Notes: generated by a model from the letters alone, not told the origin. Shown: positions 36,623 through 48,461, numbered from the whole stretch's first letter. The stretch: 62,978 nt of DNA, filler included, from Octopus bimaculoides (GCF_001194135.2; 5 parts of 5 records of this genome joined end to end with filler, not necessarily neighbours in it), one strand, 5' to 3'. A program made the numbers and translations.

Positions 36623-37129
36623 TTATATATACATATACATGTATANNNNNNNNNNNNNNNNNNNNNNNNNNNNNNNNNNNNNNNNNNNNNNNNNNNNNNN
36701 NNNNNNNNNNNNNNNNNNNNNNNNNNNNNNNNNNNNNNNNNNNNNNNNNNNNNNNNNNNNNNNNNNNNNNNNNNNNNNNNNNNNNNNNNNNNNNNNNNNN
36801 NNNNNNNNNNNNNNNNNNNNNNNNNNNNNNNNNNNNNNNNNNNNNNNNNNNNNNNNNNNNNNNNNNNNNNNNNNNNNNNNNNNNNNNNNNNNNNNNNNNN
36901 NNNNNNNNNNNNNNNNNNNNNNNNNNNNNNNNNNNNNNNNNNNNNNNNNNNNNNNNNNNNNNNNNNNNNNNNNNNNNNNNNNNNNNNNNNNNNNNNNNNN
37001 NNNNNNNNNNNNNNNNNNNNNNNNNNNNNNNNNNNNNNNNNNNNNNNNNNNNNNNNNNNNNNNNNNNNNNNNNNNNNNNNNNNNNNNNNNNNNNNNNNNN
37101 NNNNNNNNNNNNNNNNNNNNNNNNNNNNN

Positions 37130-37638
37130 GCAGATCTTCCCCTGGGGTTTTGTTCTCTTTCTTCCACTAATAGCGGAGAAGAGAGTAAAAAACAACAACA
37201 AGAACAACAGCAAACGGATATTTTCTTTGCTTGTCGTGTTACTAGAGGATAAGGAGAGAGAGAGGAGTTAGACTGAGAGAGGGATGCTAAGCAGACAGAT
37301 AGGCAGGTATATGTGTGTGAGTGAATCAAGTGAGAGAGAGGGAGAGAGAGAAGAGAGAGAAAGCGATGAAAGGATAGAGAGGTCAGATTTTAAAAATGTT
37401 TAATTTGTGTCATGTGGAAAATATTCCATCAATATTGCACAAATGATGTTGGCATCAGTTTTAAAATCCATTCAAGACTTGGCCCCCGTACTATCCGCCC
37501 ACTGCAAAAATCGAACTCCGTACATATAGCAACATTACGTCACAATCACTTTACCTCAACCAGNNNNNNNNNNCCACTTCTGCGCTTATATATACATATA
37601 CATGTATACAAACGTACAAACAGACTCAGAGAGAGAAA

Positions 37639-37672
<34 letters not shown>

Positions 37673-38422
37673 TAGGGAGAGAGAGACAGAGAAAGAGTCA
37701 AACAATGGAGTAGATAGATTGATTAAGAGAAAGAGAAGAGTATAGCAGGAAGAGAAGGCTGGAGATAAATAACAATATCACAAATTAGTGATTAATAAAT
37801 TCGCTGTCGTCTGTCTTTCGCAGAGAACATAACCTGTTGCAGATCTTCCCTTGGGGTTTTGTTCTCTTTCTTCCACTAATAGCGGAGAAGAGAGTAAAAA
37901 CAACAAGAACAAGAACAACAACAAACGGATATTTTCTTTGCTTGTCGTGTTACTAGATTCTTATTGCAATCTTTATTAAAATTCGTATATGTCTATCAAT
38001 CAGGGAAAAATGAAAGCAAAACAGACATCGGCGGGATTTGAACTTAGGACATTGAAAGTCAAGGATGTTTTGACAGCGTCTATCGATTCTGGTACTTCAC
38101 TAACTACAAAAAAAAAGAAGAAAAAACAAACAAAAAGCAAACTAAAAAAAAAATAACTGAAGAACTTTTGAAAATGAAGGAAACTGCTGAATTCTGTAGA
38201 AAAGTATTACTACATACAGGTTTACGTGTAGGCAGAGAGAGAGAGAGAGATGCTAAGCAGACAGATAGGCAGGTATATGTGTGTGAGTGAATCAAGTGAG
38301 AGAGAGGGAGAGAGAGAAGAGAGAGAAAGCGATGAAAGGATAGAGAGGTCAGATTTTAAAAATGTTTAATTTGTGTCATGTGGAAAATATTCCATCAATA
38401 TTGCACAAATGATGTTGGCATC
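37130..38422. repeat. Probable uncollapsed haplotype pair
   Basis: 37130-37246 approximates 37839-37957; 37283-37456 equals 38249-38422; 36611-36645 equals 37574-37608. All copies end at gaps. Confidence 0.75.
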
Positions 38423-38522
38423 NNNNNNNNNNNNNNNNNNNNNNNNNNNNNNNNNNNNNNNNNNNNTTAATTAATTAANNNNNNNNNNNNNNNNNNNNNN
38501 NNNNNNNNNNNNNNNNNNNNNN
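38423..38522. other. Artificial 100-nt scaffold spacer
   Basis: 44 N, TTAATTAATTAA (38467-38478), 44 N. Confidence 0.92.
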
Positions 38523-38815
38523 AAAGCCTTGTGAGTGGATTTGGTAGACGGAAACTGAAAGAAGCCCGTCGTATATATGTATATATATATATGTGTATGT
38601 GTGTATGTGTGTCTGTGTTTGTCCCCCCCACCATCGCTTGACAACCGATGCTGGTGTGTTTACGTCCCCGTAAATTAGCGGTTCGGCAAAAAGAGACCGA
38701 TAGAATAAGTACTAGGCTTACAAAGAATAAGTCCTGGGGTCGATTTGCTCGACAAAAGGCGGTACTCTAGCATGGCCGCAGTCAAATGACTGAAACAAGT
38801 AAAAGAGTAAAAGAG
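38523..38815 (+). mobile_element. SINE family A, 3' two-thirds, young
   Basis: AAAGCCTTGTGAGTGGATTTGGTAGACGGAAACTGAAAGAAGCCCGTCG, TA/TG tract, and tail CATGGCCGCAGTCAAATGACTGAAACAAGTAAAAGAGTAAAAGAG. Confidence 0.88.
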
Positions 38816-38843
38816 TATATATAATACAAAACGCGACAAGAAC

Positions 38844-39257
38844 GCAAAACATGCAGACAGTAAGGTGATACAAGAAAGGGACAACAAAACATCCAGATAG
38901 ACGAAAACAAGGACAGGTCATTCGGAGTTTTCTTTCCTCAGTCGAGATCCAGATTATCTTTGCAATTTCGGCTGGTTATTTTCCATACTGCTCCAGTGTA
39001 ACATTGTACGTCTTTTTTTCCCGTCCTTGTTTTTGTATACATTTGCTGCTTTCTTCCAAGGAATCTAATGCTCATAGCTTAGTTTCTCCTTCGGGCTGGC
39101 CAGACTGGAGCAATATCGAGAATAACCAGCCGAAATTGCAAAGATAATCTGGATCTCGACCGAGGTATGAAAACTGCGGATAACCTGTCCTTGTTTTCTT
39201 TGTATCGTCTATTTTGTTGTCCCTTTCTTGTATCACCTAACTGTCTGGATGTTTTGC
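38844..39257. repeat. ~155 bp inverted repeat (38844-38997 / 39104-39257) with a ~105 bp spacer
   Basis: The arms share GGTGATACAAGAAAGGGACAACAAAA and GTCGAGATCCAGATTATCTTTGCAATTTCGGCTGGTTATT in opposite orientation. Confidence 0.9.
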
Positions 39258-39443
39258 GTTCATCTCCCATTTTGTATTATTTNNNNNNNNNNNNNNNNNN
39301 NNNNNNNNNNNNNNNNNNNNNNNNNNNNNNNNNNNNNNNNNNNNNNNNNNNNNNNNNNNNNNNNNNNNNNNNNNNNNNNNNNNNNNNNNNNNNNNNNNNN
39401 NNNNNNNNNNNNNNNNNNNNNNNNNNNNNNNNNNNNNNNNNNN

Positions 39444-39491
<48 letters not shown>

Positions 39492-39679
39492 AGTATGTAT
39501 GTGCATGTATATATATATATGTGTGTGTGTATGAATGCATGTATATATGTATACCTCTTTAAATCTTTGATTAGCTTCAGCTTCAAAGCTATAGTCATGC
39601 CGGGCTACCACCGTTGGCTTTGCTACACCTTCATTATTTGAAACCTTTTCTGAATTGTGACATTTAGTGAATATATATA

Positions 39680-40008
39680 GGCGTAGAAATAACTATGTGG
39701 TAAGAAGCTTGTTTCCAACCACATTGTTCCGAGATCAGTTCCACTGCGTGTCACCTTGGGCTACAGTCATTTACACAGTGTGTAACAAGGCTGGCCCTTT
39801 GAAATACAGTTACAAGAACACGAAGAAAGAGTGAGAGAAAGTTGTGGTGAATGAGTACAATAGGGTTCGCCACCACCCCCTGCCGGAGCCTCGTGGAGCT
39901 TTAGGTATTTTTGCTCAATAAACACTCACAACGCCCGGTCTGGGAATCAAAACCGCGATCCCACGATCGTGAGTCCGCTGCGCTAACCACTGGGCCATTG
40001 CGCCTTCA
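39680..40008. mobile_element. SINE A head (plus, ~39680-39765) joined to SINE family C (minus, ~39770-40008)
   Basis: A head ATAGGCGTAG...CAGTTCCACTGCGTGTCACCTTGGG. The family C minus strand starts GGCGCAATGGCCCAGTGGTTAGCGCAGCGGACTC...TTTTGATTCCCAGACCGGGCG and matches 58894-59143. Confidence 0.8.
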
Positions 40009-40031
40009 CACACACGCGCGCGCGCACGAAC

Positions 40032-40068
<37 letters not shown>

Positions 40069-41705
40069 CGAATTGCCACATATCAGAAGAGGTTTCAAAT
40101 AATGAAAGCGTAACAAAGCCTACAGTGGTAGCCCAGCATGAGCGTAGCTTTTAAGGTGATGCTAGTCAAACACTGTCGTGCGTGTCCATATAATCATTTT
40201 GGCAGAGAAACGCAAGAAATTCATGACCTAACAAAGCCAATGCAAAATAAATATTTATGGTAGGCGTTGAAGAAAACATTTCAGTTGCCTGATGACCAAA
40301 AACTGTGCTGAAAATTTGAAAACGATATTAACGATCAGAATAAAATTCTGTTGAAGATATCAAGAATTTTCAATGCAGTAAAGCTGAACAACATTGAACA
40401 AGATAACCGTCAATCAAATGAAAAAAAAAATTCCTTCTCGATTCCATGAAACGTCTTCAATATTTTCAAGTACAGATTTGGCGAAACGACTCGCAATACA
40501 CAAACCTCGTTATTCAAAAGCAGACAGCTTACCAAAATCCTGGAAATAGAAAAAAGTATATGAATACTCGTTGAAAATGTTTCTAAATGAAGCTTTCAAA
40601 CAAACGTCAACAAGTTTCCTGGGTCATTTTAGAAATACTGAAAAAGAGAATAAAATTTCGATTTTATAAAACTGAGTAATGATATTGACGTTCTGGTACA
40701 TCCAAGACATGTTAAATAGAAATATAAGAAACTAAAATAGGCTGGAAGAAAATTTCTATGTAAGAAATGATCATTGATTATGTATAATAGAAAAACTGGA
40801 GATGATCTTTTCGTAGGTATGGATAACTAGTCAAAAACATGCAATTGAATCAAACCGATTGGTAAATACATCACAAACCAAATTCTATAAATAACAGGTA
40901 CTATTAGTATATTTGCTTCAATATGTTATTTGAATTGAATCTAAATGTTCCATCCGAAGTTAATATGATGAAAAACTTCATGATGGGCTTTAACGATAGC
41001 CATTACTCGGAGACACTTTATATTTACATAGCACAAATTTCAGCAATAGCTACAGGCATTGGGCTATGTTTGAATACACCATGTCCCACAGGTATAATAA
41101 AAGCAAAGAATTATATTTTTGGCATAATATAATAATATATGAAATATATCGATTAATAAAGTACCTCAGCCATCTTATTGGTATTCATAAACAGAGTCAC
41201 TGTATTTCTACCATTTCTATATGTCTATGTATATACTTATCTACCTGCGTGCGCACGCACACACAAAAACACACAGACACATGCGCAAGGTCATAGAAAT
41301 TTCTAGTTTAGTGCCCAAGCACACATCCAACTCAATAGAAAGAGAAGCTTGAGTTTTGTTGTTCATCGTGTATGAGGCAAACATTTACATCAACTTTCTT
41401 CTATCAATATTTCCACAATGTATGACTGATCCTACATAAGCCTTCTCCACTCTGTGCAGTCTAACGGCTATAATACTGTCACTTGAACCCTCATACTGGA
41501 GAACCCAATATATATATCCATTATAAGCAAATCAGGATGTATGTAAGTAAGATAGACCGCATTCAGTTTGCAGTGCAGGAGATACTTCCTGAAATGCTTC
41601 CAAAACATAAAATTATGTCTGCTTTGTTTTAAATTTCTCGATTTCATTTAAATAGATAGTTAATTCTGGGACATCCTGTATATACTTATCAGTGTGTGTA
41701 TGTAT

Positions 41706-41766
<61 letters not shown>

Positions 41767-41770
41767 TATA

Positions 41771-42459
41771 GGGTTGGAAAAATTATAGAAATTTTTCTAC
41801 CAGTGGCCTAGCATGTATACAACGTCAATAGACATATTTTTCATATAAAAATCAGTGTACATTTAAAAACAAAAGAGGTGAGCCTTAGCAGGTCGCCTTA
41901 CATACTAGAAGGAACAGTCGAAAAAGTCCAAACCACAGTTAAGAGCAATTTCAAAGGGAATGAAAAATAAAAACGTTTACCATGTTTTACAGCCGGACCT
42001 CAGGTTTCAGACTTTAATTAGCAAATAAAATAATTTGCGAGGCGAGGTTCTCATCGGCAGATACGCTAAAATATTAATATATAAATTAGAGACAAAATAA
42101 CACGTCTCATCCTTACATATAATTTTTCAAAACCTCCGCGCAAGCGCAGTTTCAATCGACAGCAAGTAAAGATTGCGATTAAAAACTTCAGAAATGCATT
42201 TCTTAAAATTAGTACAGGGTAGGAAAAATTATAGAAATTTCTTCTACCAGTGGCCTAGCATGTATACAAACTCAATAGATATATTTTTCATATAAAAATT
42301 AGTTAGTGTACATTTAAACACAAAAGAGGTAAGCCTTAACAGGTTACCTTACATACTAGAAGGAACAGTCAGAAAAGTCCAAACCATAGTTAAGAGCAAT
42401 TTCGAAGGAAATGAAAAATAAGAACATTTACCATGTTTTACAGCCGGACCTTAGGTTTC
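41771..42459. repeat. Diverged ~240 bp direct repeat (41771-42008 and 42217-42459)
   Basis: Both copies run from GGGT(T/A)GGAAAAATTATAGAAATTT...CTACCAGTGGCCTAGCATGTATACA to CATGTTTTACAGCCGGACCT. Confidence 0.9.
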
Positions 42460-42519
42460 GAACTATTCGCCTGTTAAGGCTCACTTCTTTTGTGTTCAGA
42501 TGTACACTAATGTATATAC

Positions 42520-42557
<38 letters not shown>

Positions 42558-42600
<43 letters not shown>

Positions 42601-42601
42601 C
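42558..42601. repeat. (GATA)n microsatellite
   Basis: Directly visible. Confidence 0.95.
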
Positions 42602-42608
42602 AGATATA

Positions 42609-42639
<31 letters not shown>

Positions 42640-42739
42640 NNNNNNNNNNNNNNNNNNNNNNNNNNNNNNNNNNNNNNNNNNNNTTAATTAATTAANNNNN
42701 NNNNNNNNNNNNNNNNNNNNNNNNNNNNNNNNNNNNNNN
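42640..42739. other. Artificial 100-nt scaffold spacer
   Basis: 44 N, TTAATTAATTAA (42684-42695), 44 N. Confidence 0.92.
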
Positions 42740-42995
42740 CTTACACTCTGATGGGTATTCACATTGACATTACACATCCAACGGAGCATACTGGCTTCAT
42801 TCCTTGCGAGCTTACGTATGTCCTCAGCAGTTACAGCCCATGTTTCACTGCCATGTAGCATGGCTGTTCGTACGCATGCGTCATACAGTCTGCCTTTTAC
42901 TCTGAGTGAGAGTCCCTTTGTCGCCAGCAGGGGTAAGAGCTCTCTAAACTTTGCCCAGGCTATTCTTATTCTAGCAGCTACACTTTCAGCGCACC
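42740..42995 (-). pseudogene. RTE-clade LINE ORF fragment (post-RT region), frame open
   Basis: Minus strand ESVAARIRIAWAKFRELLPLLATKGLSLRVKGRLYDACVRTAMLHGSETWAVTAEDIRKLARNEASMLRWMCNV is a typical RTE signature. Confidence 0.88.
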
Positions 42996-43489
42996 CACAT
43001 ATATATATACATATATATATGATAAAAATGGTGGTGGTGAAGTTTAGTTGCCACTCACAAATGAGTGTGACTTGATAGCGTGTACCATACTTTCACTAAC
43101 TGTTATAGCTGCCTGTGTAGTCACGAGCAGATATAGACACTCTGTTGGGATTCCTATCCTTGACCTAGCAGGTGTCAAGAATGACAGAACTAGACCAGGA
43201 ATTGGTTGGTTGGTTGGTTTTAATTTTCAATCAATTAGTGTGGAAGAGCAATGTGAAATGATGTTGCCCAAGGACATGACATGCTGCTTGGTTTGGTCCA
43301 GGAATTGAACTCATGACCTCTATGGTCATAAGCCTAATATCTAATATGTTAATCATCTGGCTTTGACTTCACAACATGTCCATTATATGAAAGATAAACA
43401 TGTACTAAGAGTCATGTGATGTATTGATATCACGTGACTACCATTTGGTCAAAGAAACAAGATAATTTACCAAATATAGATAATAGATT

Positions 43490-43775
43490 TAGGGCTGCGA
43501 GCTGGCTGAATTGTTAGCACGCCAGGCCAAATGCTTTGCGGTATTTCGTCTGCTGTTATGTTCTGAGTTCAAATTCTGCTGAGGTCGACTTTGCCTTTCA
43601 TTCTTTTGGGGTCAGTTAAATAAGTACCTTGCCTTTCATTCTTTTAGGGTCAGTTAAATAAGTACCAGTTATGCACTGGGTTTTATGTAATTGACTTAAT
43701 CCCTTTGTCTGTCCTTATTTGTTCCCTCTATGTTTAGCCCCCCCCCCTGTGGGCAATAAAGAAATAAATATAGAT
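43490..43775 (+). mobile_element. SINE family B with alternative tail (B2) and a 38-bp internal tandem duplication of the core
   Basis: TTGCCTTTCATTCTTTT(G/A)GGGTCAGTTAAATAAGTACC at 43591-43628 and 43629-43666. Tail CTATGTTTAGCCCC...TGTGGGCAATAAAGAAATA. Confidence 0.85.
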
Positions 43776-44189
43776 AAAAGCGAAAATGTCTTAGTTTTGT
43801 GGATGAACAGCTTGAGTCACTTAAGAAATTAAATGTCTTATGATATGTTGGGTGTCTTGTGATATATTGAGTGTCTTGTGATGTTTTAGGTGTCTTAGAA
43901 AGAAAGAAAGTGGGTGGAAATTGATACCAGATATTGTTTTACAGTAGAAATGAAATGATATGGTCAGGGTCATATAACAATGGAGGAAGCACAATTGAGA
44001 GAATAATAATAAATAGTTCTGAATACATAAAAAGTAGCCAAATAGATATGGTATTGGATTGCTAGTGCCACAGCCAATTGTTTTATTAGTCACTTTCACC
44101 AGATGTCACAACACAACTTTGTTTTGAATTAGTCAACAGAAGGGAAATTCAATGTGGCCACCCAACCTGCTAAAAATAGCAGTAATATC

Positions 44190-44575
44190 TTATCGCCATC
44201 ATTTTAATATTGACTTTTCCATGTTTGCATGGGTTGGACAGAATTTGTTGATGCAGATTTTCTATGACTGGATTCCCTTCCTGTTGCCACCACTCACCTA
44301 TTTCCAAATTAGGTAAAATGCTCCACCTAACCAGATATGTTTTTCATGGAAGATTGGAAATAAATAATATCACCTGTATAGTGGTGATACTTGTTTATAA
44401 CTATCATGCAATGTCAGAACAAGGAGATACTAACACAGACACATAACAGGCTTCTTTCAGTTTCCTTCTTCAGAAAGCTTTGGTTGACACTGGGGCTATA
44501 GTAGAAAACATCTCCATGTACTACACAGGGGGACAGCTTGAAACCATTTGTCTGGGAAGCAAACTTATTAACTAC
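44190..44575 (-). mobile_element. SINE family A head and core with an RTE-like tail
   Basis: 44445-44575 matches the A core (CAGGCTTCTTTCAGTTTCC...GGGGCTATAGTAGAA). 44190-44440 matches the tail of 48600-48830 and ends TTTTCCATGTTTGCATGGGTTGGACAG. Confidence 0.65.
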
Positions 44576-44612
44576 AATAATCCATTAGATAAATAATATA
44601 GTAGTCTTAGTA

Positions 44613-44815
44613 AGGGGGTGAGCTGGCAGAATCGGTAGCACCCCTGGTGAAATGCTTAGTGGTATTTCGTCTGTCTACTTTCTGAGTTCAAATTCCACCG
44701 AGGTCAACTTTGCCTTTCATCCTTTCAGTGTTAATAAATTAAGTACCAAGGTCGATGTAATTGACTTACCCGCTCCCTCAAAATTTCAGGCCTTGTGCTT
44801 ACAGTAGAAAGGAAT
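44613..44815 (+). mobile_element. SINE family B, CpG-decayed
   Basis: GGGTGAGCTGGCAGAATCG...CTGAGTTCAAATTCCACCGAGGTCAACTTTGCCTTTCATCCTTTCAG...AAATTTCAGGCCTTGTGC. Confidence 0.85.
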
Positions 44816-45394
44816 ATAGTAGTCTTAGACATATATCTAAAAAGAAGAAAGGATGGGTGGTCACTGTTGGAATGTTTTAGATCATAGATCTTGATCAGAG
44901 CTGATCTGGACTGAATCTAATCAACAGTAACAACCTCTTCCTTTATTTTGAATTGAGATTAGGTATGTTATAATCATATCATTTGTATTGTTATATTATG
45001 ATTTTATTTCCAATATGGAATTATTTTCAAAACAAGGATGACTGAAGTAATTAATTTAAAAAATAAATAACAGTGTTTATATATTGCTACAATGTAAAGA
45101 ACATGGTTGGTGAGTCCCAAGAATGGTCTAATATTTTCACAGAAAGGAATAATATGCTGTAATTTAAAATGTAATAAAATCTATATATGTGTGTGGTAAT
45201 TATTGTTAAGAATATGGACTAAAGAAACTCTCATTGGAGTAAGTGTGTGGCCAAAGTTTGGTTTCTAGTTGTATTTATTGTTCTGAGGAATAGCTTAGAG
45301 AATGACTTCTAACATTTCAATTTCAGTTGAAAAGATTACCCCCCACCAAAAAAAAAAGTTGATTGTTGATGATTCGTTCACTCTATTTCTTACT

Positions 45395-45605
45395 CAGTGC
45401 TTTGGCTAGTGTACTGGACAAAATGCCGAGTGGCACTTCTTCCAGCTTTTTACATTCTGACTGAGTTTAAATACCACTGAGGTTGACTTTGGCTTTCATC
45501 CTTTCGGGGTTGATAAAATAAGGACCAGTTGAGCACTAGGTTTTTGTGTAATTGACTAATCCCTTTCCCCTAAAACTGATGATCTTATGCCAAAATTAGA
45601 AAGAA
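45395..45605 (+). mobile_element. SINE family B, diverged
   Basis: CTGAGGTTGACTTTGGCTTTCATCCTTTCGGGGTTGATAAAATAAG. Confidence 0.75.
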
Positions 45606-45714
45606 TTATAATTATTCTTTAGCAGTTTTACTCTGGTCTGCTTAAACCCCACTTATCTGGCTTAAAATCACCTCTTTCAGGATTTTTGGTCATGCAAGCT
45701 GTGCAGCAACCTCA

Positions 45715-45910
45715 CTAGTGATGGTGCATGAAAAGACACCCAGTACACACTGTGTAGTGGTTACTGTTAGGAAGTGCATCCAACCATAGAAACCATGCCG
45801 AAGTAGGCAGTGGTGCACAAAGCAGTCTTTAGACTCAGTTGGATCCTGTCAAAACTGTGTAATTTATTATATACCAGCAAAAACATGGATGCTAAATGAT
45901 GATAATGATA
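45715..45910 (+). mobile_element. SINE family E / RTE-type 3' tail fragment
   Basis: CACCCAGTACAC...GTTAGGAAGTGCATCCAACCATAGAAACCATGCC...AAACATGGATGCTAAATGATGATAATGAT, similar to 50790-50950 and 53330-53545. Confidence 0.6.
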
Positions 45911-46134
45911 CCATTTAAATTTCAACTGGTCTGAGATTACCCCAGGATCTCTGATACAAATTTCCTCCTTTAAATGGAATTAAACTACAGCTTTCCATCA
46001 AACTTTCATGTTAATCTATATTGCAAACACCAGCTTAATAAAGACAAAATAATTTCATTGAGTTCTTCATGGTTTTCAAAATTAATTGAAACAAAGGCAG
46101 TGTCATAAATATGGTAAAAAAAAAAAAGGGTTAA

Positions 46135-46355
46135 CCCTTCCATTACCAACCTGGCTGAAACCACCTCTGGCTCTGTAGTACAAATGTTTTATTTTCATAA
46201 GTTTTGAATTAAAATCTTTCACCAAACCTTAGTCACAATTAATGTTCCTAACGCTAGCTTAATGATAACTAAGTTATTTTACTAAATTCTTTGTTATATT
46301 TAAAATAATTGCGAGAAAAACAGAGCATCTCAAAATAAATACAGTAACGAAAGGG
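46135..46355. mobile_element. piggyBac-type MITE, 221 bp
   Basis: TTAA(46131-46134)|CCCTTCCATTACC...GTAACGAAAGGG|TTAA(46356-46359). The 3' end of another copy (~45990-46130, ...ATGGTAA..AAGGG) shares the left TTAA. Confidence 0.8.
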
Positions 46356-46954
46356 TTAAAGTAATCCAAATTAAAAAGCTCTATTAAAATTTCATGTTAA
46401 TTTATGTTCTTAGAAGCATCTCCTCATCGTTAGACCTTACTAATTTTACAAAGTATAACTGTATTGAGTTCTAGAACAATGAGTACTGTCATGGCTAAGT
46501 GGGATCATAGTGTGTATGTGTGTGCATATGTTTGTGCATACGTGCTAGCAAGTAATCTTTACAGTTCCTGTCTATCAAATTCATTAGTCCTGTAAAGTCT
46601 CCTGTTGAATTGAGTTCACTTTGTACTCTGGTTTCTGGTTTCCAGTTATGGCTGTCTGTCTTCATTTGGAATGTGTTTGACGGAAAATAAGAAAGGCAAT
46701 TGACACTATTTATCATGCATGATGAGATACATAAAATATCAAGTTCTGAATTGGCGCCAAGGACTTAGGTTTTTAGGGTGGAGTAAATGCGGACAGTGGA
46801 ATTATATAACTGTTTCCAGAGTTATTAGTAACATTAGAGAAATCAAATTCTTTCAATTATGGATCAATGGAAACACAGTGTGGTTTTTAAAATTATATTT
46901 GTGTTTGGATATTTCTTCCACGAGTAAAAGACTTGAAATGATTTTAGTTAGAAT

Positions 46955-47295
46955 ATTGGCATGGCTGGTTGGTTTACAAGTTTGCTTTGCAACCATGTGG
47001 TTTTGGGTCTAAGTCCGTGGACTGACCAATACCTTTTGAGTGAATTTGATAGAAGGAAACTGTTCAGAATCCTGTCTACATACCTATGTATGTGTGTTTT
47101 TGTTTGTTTATTCTCCCTCCCTCTCATTGCTTGACAACTGGTGTTAGTCTGTTAACATTCCTGTGACTTAACAGTTTAGCCAAAAGAGACTGATAAATAC
47201 ATACCAGACTTACTGTAAGTACAAATGTTGATTTGTTTGACTAACCCTACAAGGTGGTGCTCCAGCATGGCCCTAATGCAATGACTGAAACAATA
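46955..47295 (+). mobile_element. SINE family A, old and CpG-decayed
   Basis: GCATGGCTG...GCTTTGCAACCATGTGGTTTTGGG...TTGCTTGACAACTGGTGTT...GGTGGTGCTCCAGCATGGCC...AATGACTGAAACAA. Confidence 0.75.
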
Positions 47296-47315
47296 GTAAC
47301 TGATATATTTCAATA

Positions 47316-47550
47316 AGGGCGGCGAGCTGGCAAAATCATTAGCACGCTGGGCGAAATGCCTAGTGGTATTTCGTCTGCCATTACATTCTGAGTTTAAATT
47401 CCGCCAAGGTCAACTTCACCTTTCGTCCTTTCAGGGTCGATTAAGTACCAGTTACACACTGGGGTCAATGTAATCAACTTAATCCCTTTGTCAGTCCTTG
47501 TTTGTCCCCTCTATGTTTAGCACCCTGTGGGTAATAAAGAAATAGATAGA
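47316..47550 (+). mobile_element. SINE family B with B2 tail, CpG-decayed
   Basis: GGCGGCGAGCTGGCAAAATC...AAGTACCAGTTACACACTGGGGTCAATGTAATCAACTTAATCCCTTTG...GTGGGTAATAAAGAAATAG. Confidence 0.88.
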
Positions 47551-47654
47551 TTTCTACTCTATACTTTATTTATTCAAAGCCTGAAGACTCTACTCTTCTG
47601 CTATAAACTTTGATATAGTTTCAGTTGTAGTTGTTGTAGTTACTATCAGAACAT

Positions 47655-47860
47655 AGAAGGCAGCAAAGATGGCAGAATCCTCAGCACACCAGACAAAATG
47701 CTTAGCGGTATTTTGCCCATCTTTATGTTCTGCCAAGGTCGACTTTACCTTTCATCTTTTCTGGGTCAATAAAATAAGTACCAGTTATATCATGGGGTCA
47801 ATGAAATTGACTTACACCTTCCCTTGAACTTGCGGGCCTTGTGCCAAAATTTGTAACCAA
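47655..47860 (+). mobile_element. SINE family B
   Basis: AAGGCAGC...AAATGCTTAGCGGTATTT...AAGGTCGACTTTACCTTTCATC...GGGCCTTGTGCCAAAATTTG. Confidence 0.8.
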
Positions 47861-47895
47861 TATTGGAGAATATGAAACAAAGGGTTCAGTTTTAA

Positions 47896-48330
47896 GCATT
47901 TTGATGCTAACCCAACTGAAACTGCCACTGGTTTTATGATGCAAACTTCCTGTTTTAAACTTCTACCAAACTTTCATGTTATGTTCCAAACACCAGTTTA
48001 ATATTCTTTTCTACTCTAGGCACAAAGCCTGAAATTTTGGGGAGGGGTCCAGTTGATTAGATCAACCCCAGTATGCAACTGGTACTTAATTTATCGACCC
48101 CCCCCCCCAATAGGATGAAAGGCAAAGTTGACCTCAGTGGAATTTGAACTCAGAACGTAAAGACAGACAAAATACCGCTAAGCATTTCGTCCAGTGTGCT
48201 AACGTGTCTTCCAGCTCGCCGCCTTACACCAGATAAATATTGACAAAGTTATTTTGCTAAATTCTTTACTATTTTCACAATTAATTGAAACAGTGGCATG
48301 TATTTCAACCGAAATATGGTTATGAAAGGG
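47896..48330. mobile_element. piggyBac-type MITE interrupted by a SINE B insertion (48006-48225, minus)
   Basis: The MITE ends ...ATGGTTATGAAAGGG|TTAA(48331-48334). The SINE is flanked by a candidate 16-bp TSD: ACACCAGTTTAATATT (47990-48005) and ACACCAGATAAATATT (48226-48241). Confidence 0.72.
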
Positions 48331-48461
48331 TTAAAGTAAATGTAGTTTACATAATTTTAATTGAAATTCCAGTTTGTTCTACATGAATTTTATAGTATTA
48401 ACTTTTTATCTGTTGTGGAGGTGCGATAGAGAAATGAAGATATTAAATTTTTTAATTGATA

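Noticed and set aside
39940-40008. tRNA gene (A/B boxes on the minus strand; similar heads at 10200-10270 and 56995-57065)
   Set aside because: The heads run straight into SINE cores and lack a complete acceptor stem, so they are tRNA-derived SINE heads.
46563-46659. Possible minus-strand exon (TDSHNWKPETRVQSELNSTGDFTGLMNLIDRN)
   Set aside because: The acceptor AG is far from the pyrimidine tract, the donor (GTAAAG) is weak, no homologue is recognised and the phase does not link to the other candidates. It is worth a glance only if RNA-seq supports a gene here.
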